From the NCBI RefSeq assembly GCF_050920415.1, contig NZ_CP169309.1: a DNA stretch of 64,000 nucleotides; one strand, written 5' to 3'. Positions 57,197 through 64,000 of this stretch are shown one piece after another. The first letter of the stretch is position 1. Each line of letters opens with the position of its first letter. The stretch comes from Escherichia coli (GTDB lineage Bacteria > Pseudomonadota > Gammaproteobacteria > Enterobacterales > Enterobacteriaceae). The notes beneath the pieces are model-generated. The model worked only from the letters and a program-made list of their open reading frames with translations, had not been told where the DNA came from and ran no database searches. A program made the position numbers and the translations under genes.

Positions 57197-59239
57197 ATGA
57201 CGAATCCGTTACTGACTCCCTTTGAATTGCCTCCGTTTTCTAAAATTCTCCCGGAACATGTCGTTCCAGCCGTGACGAAGGCATTGAATGACTGCCGCGA
57301 AAATGTGGAGCGCGTAGTAGCGCAAGGGGCACCGTACACCTGGGAAAATCTCTGCCAGCCGCTGGCGGAAGTAGACGATGTGCTGGGGCGTATCTTCTCC
57401 CCGGTCAGCCACCTGAACTCGGTGAAAAATAGCCCGGAACTGCGTGAAGCCTACGAACAAACCCTGCCACTGCTGTCGGAATATAGCACCTGGGTAGGGC
57501 AACATGAGGGGCTGTATAAAGCGTACCGCGACCTGCGCGATGGTGATCATTACGCCACGCTGAATACGGCGCAGAAGAAAGCGGTTGATAACGCCCTGCG
57601 TGATTTTGAACTCTCTGGCATCGGTCTGCCGAAAGAGAAACAGCAACGCTACGGCGAAATTGCTACCCGTCTTTCCGAGCTGGGCAACCAGTACAGCAAC
57701 AACGTCCTTGATGCGACGATGGGCTGGACCAAACTCGTTACCGACGAAGCGGAACTGGCGGGTATGCCAGAAAGCGCGCTGGCGGCGGCAAAAGCCCAGG
57801 CCGAAGCGAAAGAACTGGAGGGCTACTTGCTGACGCTGGATATCCCAAGCTATTTGCCGGTAATGACCTACTGCGACAACCAGGCCTTGCGTGAAGAGAT
57901 GTATCGCGCTTACAGCACTCGCGCTTCCGATCAAGGCCCGAACGCCGGTAAGTGGGATAACAGCAAGGTGATGGAAGAGATCCTCGCGCTGCGTCACGAA
58001 CTGGCGCAACTGCTGGGCTTTGAAAACTACGCCTTTAAATCCCTTGCCACTAAAATGGCAGAAAACCCGCAGCAGGTGCTTGATTTCTTAACCGATCTGG
58101 CAAAACGCGCCCGTCCGCAGGGTGAAAAAGAGCTGGCACAGCTGCGCACCTTCGCCAAAGCCGAATTTGGCGTCAATGAGTTGCAGCCGTGGGATATCGC
58201 TTACTACAGCGAAAAACAAAAACAGCACCTCTACAGCATCAGCGACGAACAGCTGCGTCCGTACTTCCCGGAAAACAAAGCGGTTAACGGCTTGTTTGAA
58301 GTGGTGAAACGTATTTACGGCATCACCGCCAAAGAGCGCAAAGATGTTGATGTCTGGCATCCGGATGTCCGTTTCTTCGAACTGTATGACGAGAACAACG
58401 AACTGCGCGGCAGCTTCTACCTCGACCTGTATGCCCGTGAAAACAAGCGTGGCGGGGCGTGGATGGATGACTGCGTAGGCCAGATGCGTAAAGCCGACGG
58501 TTCGCTGCAAAAACCGGTCGCGTACCTGACATGTAACTTCAACCGCCCGGTGAATGGTAAACCAGCGCTGTTTACCCATGACGAAGTAATCACGCTGTTC
58601 CACGAGTTCGGTCATGGTCTGCATCATATGCTGACCCGCATTGAAACCGCCGGTGTATCCGGGATCAGCGGGGTACCGTGGGATGCGGTCGAACTGCCGA
58701 GCCAGTTTATGGAAAACTGGTGCTGGGAGCCGGAGGCGCTGGCGTTTATCTCCGGTCACTATGAGACTGGCGAACCGCTGCCGAAAGAACTGTTGGATAA
58801 AATGCTGGCGGCGAAGAACTACCAGGCGGCGCTGTTTATTCTGCGTCAGCTGGAGTTCGGCCTGTTCGATTTCCGTCTACATGCAGAATTCCGTCCGGAT
58901 CAGGGGGCGAAAATCCTCGAAACTCTGGCAGAAATCAAGAAACTGGTTGCCGTGGTACCGTCTCCGTCCTGGGGCCGCTTCCCACATGCATTTAGCCACA
59001 TCTTTGCTGGTGGTTATGCGGCAGGTTACTACAGCTACCTGTGGGCCGATGTGCTGGCGGCAGATGCCTTCTCGCGTTTTGAGGAAGAGGGCATTTTCAA
59101 CCGTGAAACCGGACAGTCGTTCCTCGACAACATTCTGAGCCGTGGTGGTTCAGAAGAGCCGATGGATCTGTTCAAACGCTTCCGTGGTCGTGAACCACAA
59201 CTGGATGCGATGCTGGAGCACTACGGCATTAAGGGCTGA
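57197..59239 (+). CDS. prlC: Oligopeptidase A PrlC (M3 family)
   Basis: 680 aa from ATG 57197 ([17 protein letters not shown]...); zinc motif HEFGH. Confidence 0.93.
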   Translation: MTNPLLTPFELPPFSKILPEHVVPAVTKALNDCRENVERVVAQGAPYTWENLCQPLAEVDDVLGRIFSPVSHLNSVKNSPELREAYEQTLPLLSEYSTWVGQHEGLYKAYRDLRDGDHYATLNTAQKKAVDNALRDFELSGIGLPKEKQQRYGEIATRLSELGNQYSNNVLDATMGWTKLVTDEAELAGMPESALAAAKAQAEAKELEGYLLTLDIPSYLPVMTYCDNQALREEMYRAYSTRASDQGPNAGKWDNSKVMEEILALRHELAQLLGFENYAFKSLATKMAENPQQVLDFLTDLAKRARPQGEKELAQLRTFAKAEFGVNELQPWDIAYYSEKQKQHLYSISDEQLRPYFPENKAVNGLFEVVKRIYGITAKERKDVDVWHPDVRFFELYDENNELRGSFYLDLYARENKRGGAWMDDCVGQMRKADGSLQKPVAYLTCNFNRPVNGKPALFTHDEVITLFHEFGHGLHHMLTRIETAGVSGISGVPWDAVELPSQFMENWCWEPEALAFISGHYETGEPLPKELLDKMLAAKNYQAALFILRQLEFGLFDFRLHAEFRPDQGAKILETLAEIKKLVAVVPSPSWGRFPHAFSHIFAGGYAAGYYSYLWADVLAADAFSRFEEEGIFNRETGQSFLDNILSRGGSEEPMDLFKRFRGREPQLDAMLEHYGIKG

Positions 59240-59246
59240 TCATTCA

Positions 59247-59999
59247 GTGAAAATCTGCTTAATTGATGAAACAGGCACCGGAGACGGTGCCTTATCTGTT
59301 CTGGCGGCTCGCTGGGGGCTGGAACATGATGAAGACAACCTGATGGCGCTGGTGTTAACACCGGAGCATCTGGAACTGCGCAAGCGTGATGAGCCAAAAC
59401 TTGGCGGCATCTTTGTTGATTTTGTTGGCGGAACGATGGCGCACCGTCGCAAATTTGGCGGTGGACGCGGTGAGGCGGTGGCGAAAGCGGTGGGCATTAA
59501 AGGCGATTATTTGCCGGACGTAGTAGACGCTACCGCAGGACTGGGGCGCGATGCCTTTGTGCTGGCTTCGGTCGGCTGTCGTGTGCGGATGCTGGAGCGT
59601 AATCCAGTCGTTGCCGCGCTGCTCGACGACGGCCTGGCGCGTGGTTATGCGGATGCGGAAATCGGCGGCTGGTTGCAGGAGCGTTTGCAATTAATTCACG
59701 CCTCCAGCCTGACGGCGCTGACTGATATTACCCCACGCCCGCAGGTGGTCTATCTCGACCCGATGTTCCCGCATAAGCAGAAAAGCGCGCTGGTGAAAAA
59801 AGAGATGCGCGTGTTCCAGTCGCTGGTGGGGCCGGATCTCGACGCTGATGGATTGCTGGAGCCTGCACGCTTGCTGGCGACCAAACGCGTGGTGGTAAAG
59901 CGCCCGGACTACGCGCCGCCGCTGGCGAATGTCGCCACGCCAAACGCGGTTGTCACCAAAGGGCATCGCTTTGATATTTATGCAGGTACGCCGGTGTGA
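59247..59999 (+). CDS. rsmJ: 16S rRNA m2G1516 methyltransferase RsmJ (YhiQ)
   Basis: 250 aa from GTG 59247 ((M)[23 protein letters not shown]...). Confidence 0.8.
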   Translation: MKICLIDETGTGDGALSVLAARWGLEHDEDNLMALVLTPEHLELRKRDEPKLGGIFVDFVGGTMAHRRKFGGGRGEAVAKAVGIKGDYLPDVVDATAGLGRDAFVLASVGCRVRMLERNPVVAALLDDGLARGYADAEIGGWLQERLQLIHASSLTALTDITPRPQVVYLDPMFPHKQKSALVKKEMRVFQSLVGPDLDADGLLEPARLLATKRVVVKRPDYAPPLANVATPNAVVTKGHRFDIYAGTPV

Positions 60000-60047
60000 A
60001 AGTAAAGCAGGGTAGTGTTATTGCTACCCTGTGTTCTGCAAGAATAA

Positions 60048-61517
60048 TTAATGGCTTTCCGGCGTCTCAATCATGCGTTTCAGCCACGGCACCATCAACA
60101 GCATCACTACTGCAACGCCTAGCGTGACCAGACCAATCTTACCAAACACGTTGGTATAGACAGGCAACGTCTCAAGCGGATCGGTAATGTTGTCTGGTAC
60201 TGCGGTAAATGTTGCCACATAGCCGCCCAGCAAGAACGCGGCAGCTTGCGTCAGGAACCACATCCCGAGAATAAAGCCCATCAAATGCTGCGGCACCAGG
60301 GCAGCAATCATCGCCAGGCCAAGGGCACTAATAAACAGTTCACCTAAACTCTGGAATAAGTAAACCAGCACGATAAACCATGGCGATGTCAGCCCTTGTG
60401 CATCAGCAAACCACATTCCCGCAGCGGCGGCTGTAAGAAAGCCCAGCGAGCACATAAACATGCCGAGAGTAAATTTCATCGGCATCGAGAGGTCTTTGCC
60501 TTTGTTACCCAGATGCGTGTAAATGCCTGCCAGTATTGGGCTGGCGAGTACCACCCAGAACGGGTTAAGCGCCTGGAAGCTGACCGGGTTGATGGAAAAG
60601 CCGAGAATTTCATGATGCACGTTGTTGATGGCAAAGAAGTTCAGCGACGTTGGCATCTGGGCGTAGAGAATGTAAAACACCACCGCTTCGAGCATCAGAA
60701 CAAAGGCGACAAACATTTTATTACGCCCGGTTTTATCCAGCTTGAATGCCTGACGAAAGAAGATGATGGTGACGACGATGGAGAGAACAATCAGCACCAG
60801 ATTGGCGACTTCTACGTTGTGCATCAGCCATGCACAGACGAAGATCATCACCACGCTGCCAAGTAACACGTACAACAGTTTGCTGAAGCTCATCGGGCGG
60901 AAGTCGGGTTCAGAACCAATGTCTTTCACCATTCCACGACAGGCGATGTAAACCAGTAGCGCGATAATTAACCCCGCACCGCACAGGTTGTAGGTGACTG
61001 AATAGCCGAATCTATCAGCGATCACAGGGGCCAACGATAACGCTATCAACGAGCCGATATTGATCGACATATAGAACAGGGTGAATGCGCCATCAAGCCG
61101 CGGATCTTTCGGTGGATAGCACTTCGAAAGCAAGCTGGCAGGGTTAGCTTTAAACAGGCCGTTACCGACAGCGATAGTCCCCAGGGCGATGAAAATCAGG
61201 TCAGGCTTAAGTAGCGACATGCCGGTCATGAAGTAGCCAATCGCCAGCACAAGTGCTCCGAGAACAATGGTGCGTTTGGTCCCCAGCAGGTGGTCGCCGA
61301 CATAGCCGCCAATGGAAATGAGGCCATAGACCAGCGCAGCAAACGCACCAAAAGTGACAAAAGCCTGCTCTTGCGAGAATCCAAGCTGTTTAACGAAGAA
61401 AACCGCCAGTACGCCCTGCACGCCGTAGTAGCCGAATCGCTCCCATAACTCGACAAAAAAGATCATGAAAAATGGGCGAGGTTGCTGCAGCATCCCCATG
61501 GGTGTTGTTGTATTCAT
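60048..61517 (-). CDS. dtpB: Di/tripeptide:H+ symporter DtpB (YhiP)
   Basis: 489 aa, POT family, multi-TM. Confidence 0.92.
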   Translation of the reverse strand: MNTTTPMGMLQQPRPFFMIFFVELWERFGYYGVQGVLAVFFVKQLGFSQEQAFVTFGAFAALVYGLISIGGYVGDHLLGTKRTIVLGALVLAIGYFMTGMSLLKPDLIFIALGTIAVGNGLFKANPASLLSKCYPPKDPRLDGAFTLFYMSINIGSLIALSLAPVIADRFGYSVTYNLCGAGLIIALLVYIACRGMVKDIGSEPDFRPMSFSKLLYVLLGSVVMIFVCAWLMHNVEVANLVLIVLSIVVTIIFFRQAFKLDKTGRNKMFVAFVLMLEAVVFYILYAQMPTSLNFFAINNVHHEILGFSINPVSFQALNPFWVVLASPILAGIYTHLGNKGKDLSMPMKFTLGMFMCSLGFLTAAAAGMWFADAQGLTSPWFIVLVYLFQSLGELFISALGLAMIAALVPQHLMGFILGMWFLTQAAAFLLGGYVATFTAVPDNITDPLETLPVYTNVFGKIGLVTLGVAVVMLLMVPWLKRMIETPESH

Positions 61518-61733
61518 ATTTATTAACCTTCCAATACCATCCTGAAAAGTATGAACGCGTAAGGGATAACGCGCGAAAAAGTTTACATCTGTCAGAGATT
61601 CTTAATATTGATGCGGTGAATAGATTAATACACTATTACAACAGAAAATAACCAGCTGATCACACTAATGATGGAAAATATGATGGTGTTAAATGTTGTA
61701 TTGGCTGGGGATTTTGATTGCGTACGCAGATCG

Positions 61734-61766
61734 TAGGCCAGATAAGGCGTATACGCTGCATCAGGT
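61734..61766. repeat. REP palindromic element
   Basis: gtaggccagataaggcgtatacgctgcatcagg. Confidence 0.7.
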
Positions 61767-61774
61767 AACAAGGC

Positions 61775-61812
61775 GCGCCAAAAAGCAAAACGCCCGCATA
61801 TGCGGGCGTTCA
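61775..61812 (-). terminator. Rho-independent terminator of uspA
   Basis: Hairpin acgcccgcatatgcgggcgt followed on the minus strand by a T-run. Confidence 0.6.
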
Positions 61813-61834
61813 GGCACACGTCGTGGAGGGAAGA

Positions 61835-62269
61835 TTATTCTTCTTCGTCGCGCAGCGGAACAATCAGCATATCAACGTGAACGGTGTTGATCAGCTGACG
61901 TGCGGAAGACATCAGTTTGCTCCAGAAGTCCTGGTGGTGACCACAAACCACCAGATCCATATCGTATTTCTTGATTGCATCGACCAGAACCTGGCCCAGA
62001 TCGCCGCTGCCGCTCAGGGTTTCAGTGATTGGGTAGCCTGCATTAGTGGAAAGCTCGGTCAGCGCATGATGTGTCTCTTCAGAGATGCGTTTCTGCATAT
62101 CACCCAGATTCACATCAATAAGCCCGGTGTATAGGTCAGAGTAGTTTACATCTACGTGGATCAGAGAAACTTTCGCATTGTAGGGGCGAGCCATAGAGAC
62201 TGCTTTCTCTACCAGAACTTTGCTTTCCGGGGAGAGATCGACCGCGATGAGAATGTGTTTATAAGCCAT
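61835..62269 (-). CDS. uspA: Universal stress protein UspA
   Basis: 144 aa, [24 protein letters not shown]... Confidence 0.95.
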
Positions 62270-62659
62270 AGTGTTACTCCTTCCATAAAGTTGTCGATGA
62301 CTGGCCAGCTAGCGTTTCTTGTGCCGTTACGTCACCCGCGTCCTGCGAACTACGTGCGCGGGGCTAACCCAGCCGTAAAGATTCAGTGTTAAGACCATCC
62401 TTACCTTATAGCGACCCGGATGATCCGTCAATCCGCCTTGCTTACCCGTTAGATAAACAAATTTTCGGCATGAATATATTGATAGTGGTTAACCTTCTGG
62501 AAAAAAAACAACCTGATCTCCTACACTATCTATAGAGCCGCTCGGATGTTGGTCACCACAAAAGCGGTTTCTCCAGGACCTGGTGTTAACTGATTGGCAG
62601 CGTATCGGGAGCGGTAGCCCCGGGGTGGAACTCCGCGGGCAGGTCGCCGGGGAGGAGGT
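62270..62659. promoter_or_regulatory. Divergent uspA/uspB promoter and leader region
   Basis: 390-bp intergenic region between divergent genes. Confidence 0.5.
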
Positions 62660-62995
62660 ATGATAAGCACCGTCGCATTATTTTGGGCTTTATGTGTCGT
62701 TTGCATTGTTAACATGGCGCGCTATTTCTCATCACTACGCGCGTTGTTAGTGGTACTGCGTAACTGCGATCCATTGCTCTATCAATATGTTGATGGAGGG
62801 GGCTTTTTTACCTCACATGGCCAACCCAACAAACAGGTGCGTCTCGTTTGGTATATCTATGCCCAACGTTATCGCGATCATCACGATGATGAGTTTATTC
62901 GCCGCTGTGAGCGGGTGCGTCGGCAGTTTATTCTGACCAGCGCATTGTGTGGTCTGGTGGTGGTCAGCCTGATTGCATTGATGATTTGGCATTAA
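62660..62995 (+). CDS. uspB: Universal stress protein UspB (small membrane protein)
   Basis: 111 aa, two TM segments. Confidence 0.92.
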
Positions 62996-63023
62996 GCACT
63001 TCAGCAAAAATAACGCATAAAAA

Positions 63024-63049
63024 AAGCGGGCCAGCAAACTGACCCGCTC
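63024..63049 (-). terminator. Terminator-like hairpin with minus-strand T-run
   Basis: agcgggccagcaaactgacccgct preceded on plus by an A-run; would terminate a minus-strand gene arriving from the right (pitA in K-12 order). Confidence 0.4.
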
Positions 63050-63073
63050 GAGACTGATTACAAACGCAAAATT

Positions 63074-64000
<927 letters not shown>

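Overview
This window reads as an Escherichia coli-type chromosomal segment, in reverse orientation relative to the K-12 map. All gene calls rest on reading the supplied ORF translations and on recalled K-12 gene order and protein lengths; no database search was run. Order: yhjV (5' end only), a four-unit tandem ldr/rdl type I toxin-antitoxin array, the cellulose locus (bcsGFE divergent from bcsRQABZC), pdeK, dctA, yhjJ, kdgK, pdeH, yhjG, yhjE, yhjD, yhjC, yhjB, treF, ccp(yhjA), the acid fitness island (gadA, gadX, gadY, gadW, mdtF, mdtE, gadE, hdeD, hdeA, hdeB, yhiD, dctR, slp), an AT-rich 407-aa ORF, an accessory ArsR-family regulator plus cysteine-rich permease pair, arsRBC, agrB/agrA/dinQ, gor, rlmJ, prlC, rsmJ, dtpB, uspA, uspB, and a partial IS110-family element at the right edge. 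The backbone is K-12-like, but four things differ from the K-12 arrangement as I recall it: four ldr/rdl units instead of one, an intact bcsQ, an uninterrupted 407-aa ORF next to slp, and the extra regulator/permease pair beside arsC. That pair, with two palindromic candidate operators in its 95-bp divergent intergenic region, is the best candidate for something undescribed. No rRNA, tRNA or CRISPR array was seen.
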